Shown in pieces: positions 49,924-58,775 of a stretch of DNA of 64,000 bases. This stretch comes from an uncultured Actinomycetota bacterium (GTDB lineage: Bacteria > Actinomycetota > Actinomycetes > Propionibacteriales > Propionibacteriaceae): NCBI GenBank assembly GCA_963836855.1, contig CAWILN010000004.1, forward strand, positions 75,577-139,576. The letters run 5' to 3'. Every line of letters begins with the position of its first letter. Position 1 is the stretch's first letter. The notes under the pieces were generated by a model. The model did no database searches. It saw nothing but the letters and a program-made list of their open reading frames with translations, and had not been told where the DNA came from. A program made the translations under genes and the position numbers.

Positions 49924-50011
49924 TGGCGGTGGCGGCGGGATTTGAACCCGCGGAGGGTTGCCCCTCACGCGCTTTCGAGGCGCGCTCTTTAGGCCGCTCA
50001 GACACGCCACC
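49924..50011 (-). tRNA. tRNA-Ser (anticodon CGA), encoded CCA
   Basis: The minus strand reads GGTGGCGTGTCTGAGCGGCCTAAAGAGCGCGCCTCGAAAGCGCGTGAGGGGCAACCCTCCGCGGGTTCAAATCCCGCCGCCACCGCCA. It has a 7-bp acceptor stem, the anticodon loop CUCGAAA, a long variable arm and the T-loop GGTTCAAATCC. Confidence 0.95.
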
Positions 50012-50216
50012 GCCGGAGAGATTACCCAAGGCGGTTCGGGTGCGCGAATCGGAAGACCAACCCAAGGTGTTCATGATCGTGTGTGGGCTTGAATAACTGA
50101 GACATCCGGAGCGGGTCGGTCGAGTCCCACCGAGGCTCAGCTGATGACGTGAATCCTTGTCAGCTATCGGCCGGCCAGTTGAGGTGTCCGACGCGCCACG
50201 ATCTTGCTCAGGAGAT

Positions 50217-50684
50217 TCAGCGGCTGGCGAAGAAGTCCTTCAGCAGGGCACTGCACTCAGCCTCGAGGATGCCGCCGCGCACCTCGACCCGATGGTTGAG
50301 CCGCGGATCCCGTACGACATCGAAAAGCGAGCTGACCGCACCGGCCTTCTCATCGAAGGCACCGAAGACCAGGCGTGCGACCCGAGCCAGCACGAGGGCG
50401 CCGGCACACATGGTGCACGGCTCGAGGGTGACGACCACAGTGAGGCCGGTCAGCCGCCAAGATCGCAGCCGCCGGGACGCCTCCCGCAGCGCGAGTAGCT
50501 CGGCGTGCGCTGTTGGATCATGTCTGATCTCCCGCTCGTTGCCCGCGGCGGCTAGCACGGTGCCGCCCTGGTCGAGAATGACCGCGCCGACTGGCACATC
50601 GCCGTGCATCGACGCCATTCGGGCCTGATCGAGGGCCAGCCGCATCGAGTCGTCCCACTGGCTCAACCCACTGAATTCACTCAC
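50217..50684 (-). CDS. tadA: tRNA adenosine(34) deaminase
   Basis: CDA zinc motifs HAE (HAELLALREA) and PCxxC (EPCTMCAGAL); 155 aa. Confidence 0.9.
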   Translation of the reverse strand: MSEFSGLSQWDDSMRLALDQARMASMHGDVPVGAVILDQGGTVLAAAGNEREIRHDPTAHAELLALREASRRLRSWRLTGLTVVVTLEPCTMCAGALVLARVARLVFGAFDEKAGAVSSLFDVVRDPRLNHRVEVRGGILEAECSALLKDFFASR

Positions 50685-51315
50685 CCACGGCTGCTTCGGC
50701 GGCCTTGCGGAATTGTGGATTGAGCTTGATCTTGTCAGCGATATCGATCAGCATGTCAACGCTACTCAGATCAAGATTGTCGATGATGGCACCCATATCG
50801 AAGTCACTCAGCCCGAGATCCGCGACGATGCCCAGGTCGCCAGTCGGCTCGCCTTCTTCCTCGTCGTCCTCCAAAGGCTCTTCGCCGAGATAGTCCACCA
50901 CATCTCGGGCAATCGGCCAGTCACTCGCCGCCGCTGCATCGGATAGCAGCACCTGGACATGCTGACCACGCACCCGAGTGATCACGAAGACCTCTTCGAC
51001 CAGGCTGACGAATCCCAGCGCACCCGCGTCGCCTGGCAACCGGCGTAGCTGGACGATCAACTCATCGAGGTCGTTGGCGAGGTCCTTGGCCAGCGACTGC
51101 ACGTACGGCTGGCCATCCTCCCGGTAACCGGCCAGTACGAAATCGATCTCGTCATCGGCGGCGTCCTCAAGATCGACTTCGTCGAAATCTTCGTCATCCT
51201 CGAGATCGTCGTCGAACTCGTCATCGCTCGCTGCCGGCTCTTTTACAGAGTCAGCGCTCCTGCCCGCGCCGTCCAGCTCGAACGACTCGTACTCCTCGTC
51301 GTCGAACTCCGACAT
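50677..51315 (-). CDS. tRNA adenosine deaminase-associated acidic protein
   Basis: 212-aa highly acidic ORF directly upstream of tadA and overlapping it. This is the conserved actinobacterial arrangement. Confidence 0.7.
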   Translation of the reverse strand: MSEFDDEEYESFELDGAGRSADSVKEPAASDDEFDDDLEDDEDFDEVDLEDAADDEIDFVLAGYREDGQPYVQSLAKDLANDLDELIVQLRRLPGDAGALGFVSLVEEVFVITRVRGQHVQVLLSDAAAASDWPIARDVVDYLGEEPLEDDEEEGEPTGDLGIVADLGLSDFDMGAIIDNLDLSSVDMLIDIADKIKLNPQFRKAAEAAVGE

Positions 51316-51420
51316 GACTGCCCCTCCCCAGCGTCGCCAACGCGGTCCATCGTGTCAGACGCCTCGCCCGGACACGAGTCCGATACCCAATCTCATTCCT
51401 TATCTCGCTACGGTTCCAGC

Positions 51421-52059
51421 GTGGACCTACGCATCGTCGACCATCCGCTCGTCGCTCACAAGCTCACTGTGCTGCGAGACCAGACGACCGATTCTCCGAC
51501 CTTCCGGCGACTCACCGAAGAGCTCGTCACGTTGCTCGCATACGAGGCGACCCGCGATGTCCGGGTCAGTCCGCACACGGTTCGGACGCCACTGCAAGCC
51601 GCTGTGGGGGTGAAGCTGTCGGCTCCGCGGCCGTTGGTGGTGCCCATTTTGCGAGCGGGCCTCGGGATGCTCGAGGGTATGACCCGGCTGATTCCCACCG
51701 CCGAAGTGGGATTCGTCGGCCTGGTGCGCAACGAAGAGACACTGGTCGCCACCACGTACGCCGAACGCCTGCCCAACGACCTGACCGGGCGACAGTGCTA
51801 CATCCTCGACCCCATGCTGGCGACCGGCGGCACCCTCGCATCGGCGGTTCAATTCCTGGTCAAGCGCGGCGCTGATCACATCACCTGCATCTGCCTGATC
51901 GCAGCTCCTGAAGGGATCGGCCGGCTCACCCAGCTGATTGAGGAACTCCACGTGCCCTGCACTTTGGTCTTGGCCGGGCTCGACGAGAAGCTCAACGAGG
52001 TCGGCTACATCCTTCCAGGGCTGGGCGACGCCGGAGATCGGTTGTACGGCGTCGTGTAG
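51421..52059 (+). CDS. upp: Uracil phosphoribosyltransferase
   Basis: GTG at 51421 gives [20 protein letters not shown]. The PRPP-binding loop is [11 protein letters not shown]. Confidence 0.9.
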   Translation: MDLRIVDHPLVAHKLTVLRDQTTDSPTFRRLTEELVTLLAYEATRDVRVSPHTVRTPLQAAVGVKLSAPRPLVVPILRAGLGMLEGMTRLIPTAEVGFVGLVRNEETLVATTYAERLPNDLTGRQCYILDPMLATGGTLASAVQFLVKRGADHITCICLIAAPEGIGRLTQLIEELHVPCTLVLAGLDEKLNEVGYILPGLGDAGDRLYGVV

Positions 52060-52074
52060 GTGGCGGTAAGGGAG

Positions 52075-52968
52075 TCAGTAGTAGTAGGGGAAGCGACTCC
52101 AGTCAGGCGGACGCTTTTCGAGGAAGGCGTCGCGACCTTCTACGGCCTCGTCGGTCATATACGCCAGCCGGGTCGACTCGCCGGCGAACACTTGTTGGCC
52201 GATCAAGCCATCATCAATTGCATTGAACGCGAATTTCAGCATCCGCTGAGCAGTCGGGCTCTTGCCGCAAATGATCTTGGCCCACTCCAATCCAACCGTC
52301 TCGAGCTCCGCGTGCGGCACCACGCGATTGACCATGCCCATCCGGTATGCGTCCTCGGCGGAGTAGGTCTCCCCCAGGAAGAAGATCTCCCGCGCGACCT
52401 TCTGGCCAACCTGTCGAGCCAAGTACGCCGACCCGAAGCCGCCATCGAAGGAGCCGACATCCGCGTCGGTCTGCTTGAAGCGTGCATGCTCGGCACTTGC
52501 CAGGCTCAGGTCGCACACCACGTGCAAGCTGTGCCCGCCGCCGGCGGCCCAGCCGCTGACAAGCGCGATCACGATCTTGGGCATGAAGCGGATCAGCCGC
52601 TGGACCTCGAGGATGTGCAGCCGACCGAGGAGGGCCGCTTCGACACTTTGCCCACCTCCCGAGTCGTATTGGTAGCCAGCACGGCCCCGGATCCGCTGGT
52701 CTCCCCCACTGCAGAACGCCCATCCCCCGTCCTTTGGCGATGGCCCGTTCCCGGTGAGCAGCACTGCGCCCACGTCGGAGGAGATCCGCGCGTGGTCCAG
52801 GGCGGCGTAGAGCTCATCGACGGTGTGCGGCCGGAAGGCGTTGCGTACTTCAGGCCGGTTAAAAGCGACCCGGACCACAGGCGCTTCGTTGGCACGGTGA
52901 TAGCTGATATCGGTGAAGTCGAACCCTTTCACCTCATGCCACAGGTCAGGCGCAAATGGGCTGGTCAC
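52075..52968 (-). CDS. menB: 1,4-dihydroxy-2-naphthoyl-CoA synthase
   Basis: 297-aa crotonase-fold ORF. It has VAFNRPEVRNAFRPHTVDEL...GGWAFCSGGDQRIRG and the C-terminal EKRPPDWSRFPYYY, typical of MenB. Confidence 0.9.
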   Translation of the reverse strand: MTSPFAPDLWHEVKGFDFTDISYHRANEAPVVRVAFNRPEVRNAFRPHTVDELYAALDHARISSDVGAVLLTGNGPSPKDGGWAFCSGGDQRIRGRAGYQYDSGGGQSVEAALLGRLHILEVQRLIRFMPKIVIALVSGWAAGGGHSLHVVCDLSLASAEHARFKQTDADVGSFDGGFGSAYLARQVGQKVAREIFFLGETYSAEDAYRMGMVNRVVPHAELETVGLEWAKIICGKSPTAQRMLKFAFNAIDDGLIGQQVFAGESTRLAYMTDEAVEGRDAFLEKRPPDWSRFPYYY

Positions 52969-53465
52969 GCCCCCAAGTTAGCGGGCTCGCGCTCATCGTC
53001 TGCATTGCGATGCCGGACTTGCCAGACGATGTAGCCGGCCAAACCGGCAAGCACGACCACCAGGCCGACGATGGCGACAACAGGTGACAACTCGTACACC
53101 TCTCGCCAGCCAGCGAAGGTCGCAAATCCCACTGTCGCATACAGGAATGCCCAGACGATCGCGCCAACGATGAGCGCCGGAATGTAGCGACGCAGCGGCA
53201 TCCGCATCGCTCCGGCCGCCAGGTTCACCAGCGTCTGAATCCCCACCGTCAGAAACGACGCGATCACGACCGGCGCTCCCCAGCGGGCGACCATCTGCTG
53301 GATCTGGGCAAACCGGGGTTTGGACATGACACGGGAGAGCCGGCTCCTGCGTACGCCTTCTCGAGCGGCCCGCCCAATCATGTAGGTTCCGCCCGCTCGA
53401 AGCATGACTACGACGAACAAGGCGGCCACAGCGACCGGGTAGGGCCAGCCCTTCCAGAAGTCCAC
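52965..53465 (-). CDS. DedA/VTT-domain membrane protein
   Basis: 166-aa polytopic ORF. LRAGGTYMIGRAAREG...RWGAPVVIASFLTVGIQTLVNLAAGAMRMP fits the DedA pattern. Confidence 0.65.
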   Translation of the reverse strand: MDFWKGWPYPVAVAALFVVVMLRAGGTYMIGRAAREGVRRSRLSRVMSKPRFAQIQQMVARWGAPVVIASFLTVGIQTLVNLAAGAMRMPLRRYIPALIVGAIVWAFLYATVGFATFAGWREVYELSPVVAIVGLVVVLAGLAGYIVWQVRHRNADDEREPANLGA

Positions 53466-53548
53466 GCGATCCGCCTTACTCGCCGATCATTTCCAGCGAG
53501 TGTAGGCGGCGGAACTGTCTTGTTGCTTGGCCACCTGCGCTCCGCTGC

Positions 53549-53878
53549 CTAGCGGGCAGAGGCGTTGGCACCCGCCGTCGGCGGGAATGCGATTGGGTGG
53601 TCGACTGCCGGTGGGAAGTCGCCGTGGCGGTGCACGATGCGCCACTGCCCGTCCTCGCGCCGGTACACATGGGTAACGCGCAAGGTGTAGGTCCGCGGCT
53701 CGCCGGCAACCTTCACGCGATTGTGCTCGTACCCGACGGTGTAGGCCAGGTCACCGCTGGCGCCCGCCGCAACAAGCTCGAAGTCATATTCCGTCGAGTC
53801 GGAGAACCAGGACGCAACATTATGGAATATCGCGCTGAGATCATTCCAACCGACTCGTGAGTAAGGGATATGGCACAA
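53549..53878 (-). pseudogene. SnoaL/DUF4440-like (NTF2-fold) protein, apparently lacking its N-terminal helices
   Basis: GDLAYTVGYEHNRVKVAGEPRTYTLRVTHVYRREDGQWRIVHRHGD is the C-terminal sheet of the fold. Only ~25 residues precede the core, and the 5' end overlaps the TetR ORF start by 22 nt. Confidence 0.5.
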
Positions 53879-54400
53879 CCACGATCGCTGACATCGCCCG
53901 CGATGCCGGGGTCGCGGTCGAGACGGTTTACGCCGCGTTCCGCAACAAGCGCACCCTGCTGCGTCAGGTCTGGTTCGTCAGCTTCCGCGGCGACGAAGAG
54001 GACATTCGACTCTGGGATCGGCCGGAGATCCATGCGGTGATCGCCGAGCCGGATCTGGCCCTGCGGTTCAAGGCGCAAGCGGCCGTCTATCCGGCGGTGT
54101 TTCGGCGAATCACCCCGCTACTGCTTATGTTGCAGGGCGCGGCCGCCAGCCAGCCGGACGCGGCGGCGATGCTGGCTGAGTTTGACGAGCGGCGGCTGGA
54201 CGCGGCCGCGAAATACCGCGCGCGGCGGTTGCCACGGGCGAGTTGGCAGTCAGTGAAGACGAGTGCCGCGACGTGCTTTGCTCTGGGCGACTTTGGACGG
54301 CGCCCTGTGGCATCAGCTGGTTGCCGAACGCGGTTGGTCGGACGAGCGATTCGCGGCCTTGCTGGGCAAACTTTGGATTTCCGCATTGGTCACCCCCTAG
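53857..54400 (+). pseudogene. TetR-family regulator, missing the first HTH helix and carrying two frame disruptions
   Basis: It starts directly at ...SKGYGTTTIADIARDAGVAVETVYAAFRNKRTLL, with no preceding RxRILxAAxxLF helix. The C-terminus runs through three frames: ...AAAKYRA | ELAVSEDECRDVL | WATLDGALWHQLVAERGWSDERFAAWLGKLWISALVTP-stop at 54398-54400. Confidence 0.65.
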
Positions 54401-54635
54401 AACCGGGAAATCGCGCACCGCCGCACGGAGGAGAAACGAGCGGAGGCGTTCTTCCTCTTGCGAGCGACGACGACGGCGGCCGAATCCACGCGCGATTACG
54501 CGAGAGTCAAGGCCGATTGCGAGCGTCGGGAAATCGCGCACCGCCGCACGGAGGAGGAACGAGCGGAGGCGTTCTTCCTCTGCGAGCGACGACGACGGCG
54601 GCGGAATCCACGCGCGATTGCGCGAGCAATCACCA
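54401..54635. repeat. Two tandem units of the ~115-bp structured repeat family (54401-54515, 54516-54635)
   Basis: The units are near-identical when read directly: ...GGGAAATCGCGCACCGCCGCACGGAGGAG(A/G)AACGAGCGGAGGCGTTCTTCCTCT(T)GCGAGCGACGACGACGGCGGC(C/G)GAATCCACGCGCGATT(A/G)CGCGAG... Confidence 0.9.
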
Positions 54636-54910
54636 AACAAATTGGAGGGTGTCAGCCTCCCGCTACGCCAAGCGGGCCCCCGTTGACCAACACCCTCCAG
54701 GCTCCACGCCACAACCCTTCCCCAGAAGTGGGATCGGCTGGAATCTCCCCGACGGCTGGTCTAGCCCCCAAAGACCGCCTCACTTATCTTGAACAGTGCG
54801 GCAATTGTGCGACCACGAACAGCAGACGGACAATGAGTGGTCGTCGAGGCCGCTGAGGTCGCCAGATCTGACCGGCCTGACACGACGTTTTCCTAATGTG
54901 GCAAGGAAAG

Positions 54911-57277
54911 ATGACCCTGTTCGGTGAGGAGCTGCGTCGCCTACGGAGGCGCTCCGGCCTCTCCCAGGAATCCCTTGCCGCCCGCGCCGGCCTGAGTCCG
55001 GAAGCAGTATCGCTGCTCGAGCGCGGCCGCCGCTCGCCCCGAATGACCACCATGCGGCTGCTGGCTGAAGGGCTGAGCCTGAAAGAAAGCGACCGCTCGG
55101 CCCTTTTCGCCTCAGTCAACTTCCATGAACCATCGATCCCATCGCTTCCCGTTTTCGCTGACCATCCGATCGGCCGAGACGCAGAGCTCCAGGCGGTGGC
55201 GGAGCTCATCGAACGCGACGACACCCGGCTGCTGACGCTGCTCGGACCAGCGGGTGTGGGCAAGACCAGGATCGCTGTAGGGTACGCCGCTACCCAGCCC
55301 GCGCCGTTCCCGGACGGCGTGCACTGGTTCCCGATAGGAACACTGAACGACCCAACGACTGTGCTCAGTGCGCTGGCCGGCGTGTTCGGCGTACGCGGAT
55401 CGCCGAAGGCAACCGTCGAGCAAATCATCGATCACCTACGGCCCCTATCAAGCCTGCTCGTGATCGACAATGCAGAGCACCACCTGACGACCTGCGCCGA
55501 GCTTTGCCGCGCTATCTTCGCCAGAGCACCAAAGCTCACGATCTTGATCACGAGCCGGCATCTGACCGGAGTCCCGGGCGAGCTTGCCCTTTCCGTGGTT
55601 CCGCTGCAGCTGCCTCCGCAGGGCACACCAGCGGAGAAGCTAGGCGACATCCCGTCGTGTCAGCTGTTCCTCGCCAGATCATTGATCAACAACAGGCTCG
55701 ACCAGCCAGCGGCGGACGCTGTCATTCGCATCTGCCACAAGCTCGACGGCCTGCCACTGGCGCTGGAATTGGCCGCTGCCAGAACCAATGTGCTCACCGT
55801 TCACGAGCTTGCCGACACCCTGGAGAGCGAACTCAGCATCCTGCAGACGGCCGGACCGGGCGGCGAACAGGAACTGGTGGACGCGATGGTCGGCTGGACT
55901 TATCAGCGGTTGAGCGGCACCGAACGGTTGATCTTCGATCGGCTCTCGGTATTCGGCGGCAGCTTCAGCCGGGCTGCAGTCACCGGGGTGTGTGGAGGCG
56001 GCCTGGACGAGGTCGAAGTCGTGGATGTGCTGTCATCGCTGATCTCCAAGTCGCTGGTGGTACGCCAGGACGAAGGCGGCCAGGAGGCTCGATTCCGCCT
56101 GCTGCAACTGATAAGGCAATACGCTCGCAGCAAGTTCGCAATGCATCCGGATCGGGTCGTCACCCATCGACGCCACGCCGAGTACTATCGTGATCTTGTC
56201 GAACGAGCGGCACCAGAGCTCACGAGTCATGATCAACACGAATGGCTGTCGATCATTGACCGCGAGGTCGGAAACATTCGACCAGCTATCGCGTGGTCGC
56301 TCCACCATCAGCCGGAGATCGCTCTGCGCACTGTCGCTGCCTTGGGCCGCTGGTGTTACCTTCGAGGCCGCTATACCGATGGCCGGCGCTGGGCAGCCGG
56401 TGCCTTGCGGGCCTGGCCGGACGCGCCGAGTGAGTTGCGCGCCCAGCTATTGGTGATGGCCGGCACCCTTGCCTTCCTGCAGTGCGACTACGCCGAGGCC
56501 AGGCCGCTGGTAGAGGAGGCCCAGGCCCTCTTTGCTGAAATCGGTGATCGGGCGGGAGTGGCCTGGTCGATCAGCAGGTTGGGGGCAATTGCGCGCGAGC
56601 AGGGCACGTACGAGGAGTCAGCCAAGTTGCATCGTGAGGCACTGAGGCTAGCTCAGGAAGCTGGAGATGATCATGATGCAGCGGTCCAGCTGAACTATCT
56701 GTGCTTCCTGGCCTGGTTGAGTGGAGACCTGGACACAGCCGAAGCGATCGGGCCAGATGTGCTGCACCGGATGCGCGAACTCGGTGACCAGGAGGGCGTG
56801 ATCTGGGCCTTGATCAACTTAGGCACCACCGCGCGATATCGAGGTGACCTTACTGGCGCCCGGCTGCTACTCAGCCAATCCCTCGAACTCTGCGAGGATC
56901 TGTCGTTCCGGGAGGGCGTCGCCTGGTCGCTCAATCAGCTTGGCGTGGTCGCCCGACTCCGCGGCGAAACTGAACGCGCCTTCGGAATGCAGCTTGCTAG
57001 CCTCACCGAACACCACAAACTCGGCGACCGGTGGCGAGAGGCGAGCGTACGCGACGAGTTGGCAGCACTCGCGATGCATCGCGAAGATCCGGCCGACGCC
57101 GCATGCCACCTGGCCTCGGCCGATCAGCTCAGGGCAGAGATCCAGGCGGCAGTCCCAGCGGTCGAGAGAGCAGAACGTGAGCAGACAGTACAGGCTGCGC
57201 AGCGAGCGCTCGGGACGGCGTACGGCCTGGCCGGCCTGACCGGCCTGACGGCGGGACTCAGCGGCTCAGGCTACTAA
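54911..57277 (+). CDS. STAND-class regulator: XRE-type HTH + NB-ARC/AAA ATPase + TPR repeats
   Basis: HTH FGEELRRLRRRSGLSQESLAARAGLSPEAVSLLERGRR; Walker A GPAGVGKTRIA; the C-terminal third has repeated TPR-like units (GDxxGxAWSLxxLGxxARxxG). The ATG at 54911 follows AAGGAAAG. An alternative ATG lies at 54896. Confidence 0.85.
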   Translation: MTLFGEELRRLRRRSGLSQESLAARAGLSPEAVSLLERGRRSPRMTTMRLLAEGLSLKESDRSALFASVNFHEPSIPSLPVFADHPIGRDAELQAVAELIERDDTRLLTLLGPAGVGKTRIAVGYAATQPAPFPDGVHWFPIGTLNDPTTVLSALAGVFGVRGSPKATVEQIIDHLRPLSSLLVIDNAEHHLTTCAELCRAIFARAPKLTILITSRHLTGVPGELALSVVPLQLPPQGTPAEKLGDIPSCQLFLARSLINNRLDQPAADAVIRICHKLDGLPLALELAAARTNVLTVHELADTLESELSILQTAGPGGEQELVDAMVGWTYQRLSGTERLIFDRLSVFGGSFSRAAVTGVCGGGLDEVEVVDVLSSLISKSLVVRQDEGGQEARFRLLQLIRQYARSKFAMHPDRVVTHRRHAEYYRDLVERAAPELTSHDQHEWLSIIDREVGNIRPAIAWSLHHQPEIALRTVAALGRWCYLRGRYTDGRRWAAGALRAWPDAPSELRAQLLVMAGTLAFLQCDYAEARPLVEEAQALFAEIGDRAGVAWSISRLGAIAREQGTYEESAKLHREALRLAQEAGDDHDAAVQLNYLCFLAWLSGDLDTAEAIGPDVLHRMRELGDQEGVIWALINLGTTARYRGDLTGARLLLSQSLELCEDLSFREGVAWSLNQLGVVARLRGETERAFGMQLASLTEHHKLGDRWREASVRDELAALAMHREDPADAACHLASADQLRAEIQAAVPAVERAEREQTVQAAQRALGTAYGLAGLTGLTAGLSGSGY

Positions 57278-58257
57278 TTCTCTGTATCGGTGCTGGTGCC
57301 CGCATCTGCGGTCTCTGTATCTGTGGTGTCTGTGCGAGCCTCCCGAACACGGAGTCCGCGGTAAAGCTCGTAGGCGCGCGCAGTCCCGGGCGAGTTGGGG
57401 TCGTCGACGATGGGCTTATCCGCCATGAAGAGTCGGATGACATTAGCCAGTTCTCCGGGATGGGAGAAATTGATCGCGTGAGCGGCTCCATCGATCACGA
57501 CGAAGATCCCCCGGTGTTCCTGCTGACTGGCGACTTCCTTTATGCGCGCCAGACCGGGCAGCAGCGGGTCGCGGGTGCCGGCAACGACCAGTGCTGGCAC
57601 GTCCAAGGCAAGCAGCCGGTCAAGTGCCGGATACTGGGTGAGCGCCCGAAACATTCGAAAGGTGCTGGGAACACCGAAGCGCAGATAGTCCGGGACGGCG
57701 ACTCGCAATAGCCTGATCGGTTCCCGAAGACCATCGTGGCTGAGCTGCCGTACCGCGCGAGGCAGCGGTTGATTGTGCATGCCGCCGGCTGGTGAAACCA
57801 GAATGGCCCGCTCCAGCCGGTGTGGATACGAATAGCCGAATTCACAGATCACTGGACAGCCCATCGAGTTTCCAACCAGTGTGACCTTCTCAATGCCCAG
57901 AGTGTCCAGAAAGGCGGCAGCCGCATGCGCCAGTTCCGGCACGGTGAGTGGCTCGATGGCGTTACCGCTGCGTCCGAATCCCGGCAGGTCTGGCACCAGT
58001 GTGTGGAATTCGTCGGCAAGTGCCTCCGCCGTCGGCAAGAGGTAGCGGCCCGAGAGCCCAAACCCATGCAAGTGCATCAGTACCGGCGCATCCGGCGGGC
58101 TGGGCGACTCGCGATAAAAGACGTCGACGCCATCGATGGTCGTCCACCGCTCAGCCAGGAGAGATGCCGGCCGCGAAAAGCGCCGCCTCGTGCCACGGTG
58201 TGCGCGAGCCGATGTTCTCCGCTTGACGATGGGCCCGGCAGCATCCGAGCTGGTCAT
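57274..58257 (-). CDS. Alpha/beta hydrolase
   Basis: HGFGLSGRY oxyanion region and the nucleophile elbow GNSMG; 327 aa. Confidence 0.8.
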   Translation of the reverse strand: MTSSDAAGPIVKRRTSARAHRGTRRRFSRPASLLAERWTTIDGVDVFYRESPSPPDAPVLMHLHGFGLSGRYLLPTAEALADEFHTLVPDLPGFGRSGNAIEPLTVPELAHAAAAFLDTLGIEKVTLVGNSMGCPVICEFGYSYPHRLERAILVSPAGGMHNQPLPRAVRQLSHDGLREPIRLLRVAVPDYLRFGVPSTFRMFRALTQYPALDRLLALDVPALVVAGTRDPLLPGLARIKEVASQQEHRGIFVVIDGAAHAINFSHPGELANVIRLFMADKPIVDDPNSPGTARAYELYRGLRVREARTDTTDTETADAGTSTDTEN

Positions 58258-58634
58258 GAGGATCCCGCGAGCGCCTTCTGCTTCAGCTGGTCAAACTCGG
58301 CCTGAGTGATTGCACCCTGGTCCAGCAACGTTTGAGCGGATGCGATCTGATCAGCCGGACTCGACATGTGGATGATTTGTGGCGGCACGTAGGGCTCCTC
58401 CCGTGGTCCCTTCGCAGCCGCATGACGCTCGGCCATTCCCTTGCCCCGGGCGATGACATAGATCAGCGCGCTCAAGAACGGCACGATGATCAAGAAAATG
58501 ATCCACACCGCCTTCCACCAGCCGCTCAGATTCTCATCACGGAACAGATCGACAACGATCTGGAACAGCACGACCAGGTAGCAGGCGAAAACGAAGGCCC
58601 ACACCAGCAGCCAAAAGAAACTCGAGAAGTCCAC
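58254..58634 (-). CDS. PLDc_N membrane domain + SHOCT domain protein
   Basis: WKAVWIIFLIIVPFLSALIYVIARG is the PLD-nuclease N-terminal TM pattern. The C-terminal LLDQGAITQAEFDQLKQKAL is the SHOCT pattern. Confidence 0.7.
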   Translation of the reverse strand: MDFSSFFWLLVWAFVFACYLVVLFQIVVDLFRDENLSGWWKAVWIIFLIIVPFLSALIYVIARGKGMAERHAAAKGPREEPYVPPQIIHMSSPADQIASAQTLLDQGAITQAEFDQLKQKALAGSS

Positions 58635-58775
58635 AGCAGCACCCTCCCTCGGGTTATTGGGCTGAGTATTGCGCGGTCAGTTCACCCGGTACATCACTCT
58701 CCGGGGGTGAGTCTCCCGCCACCGCGATTCCGACGCTCGCAGCGGATGTGCCCCAGCACTGGTAGACATGGACAA

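Noticed and set aside
58332-58775. N-terminal 148 codons of the 541-aa ORF containing lhgO.
   Set aside because: This part is antisense to the PLDc_N-SHOCT gene. LhgO-type proteins begin at the GxGxxG motif, which follows the ATG at 58776.
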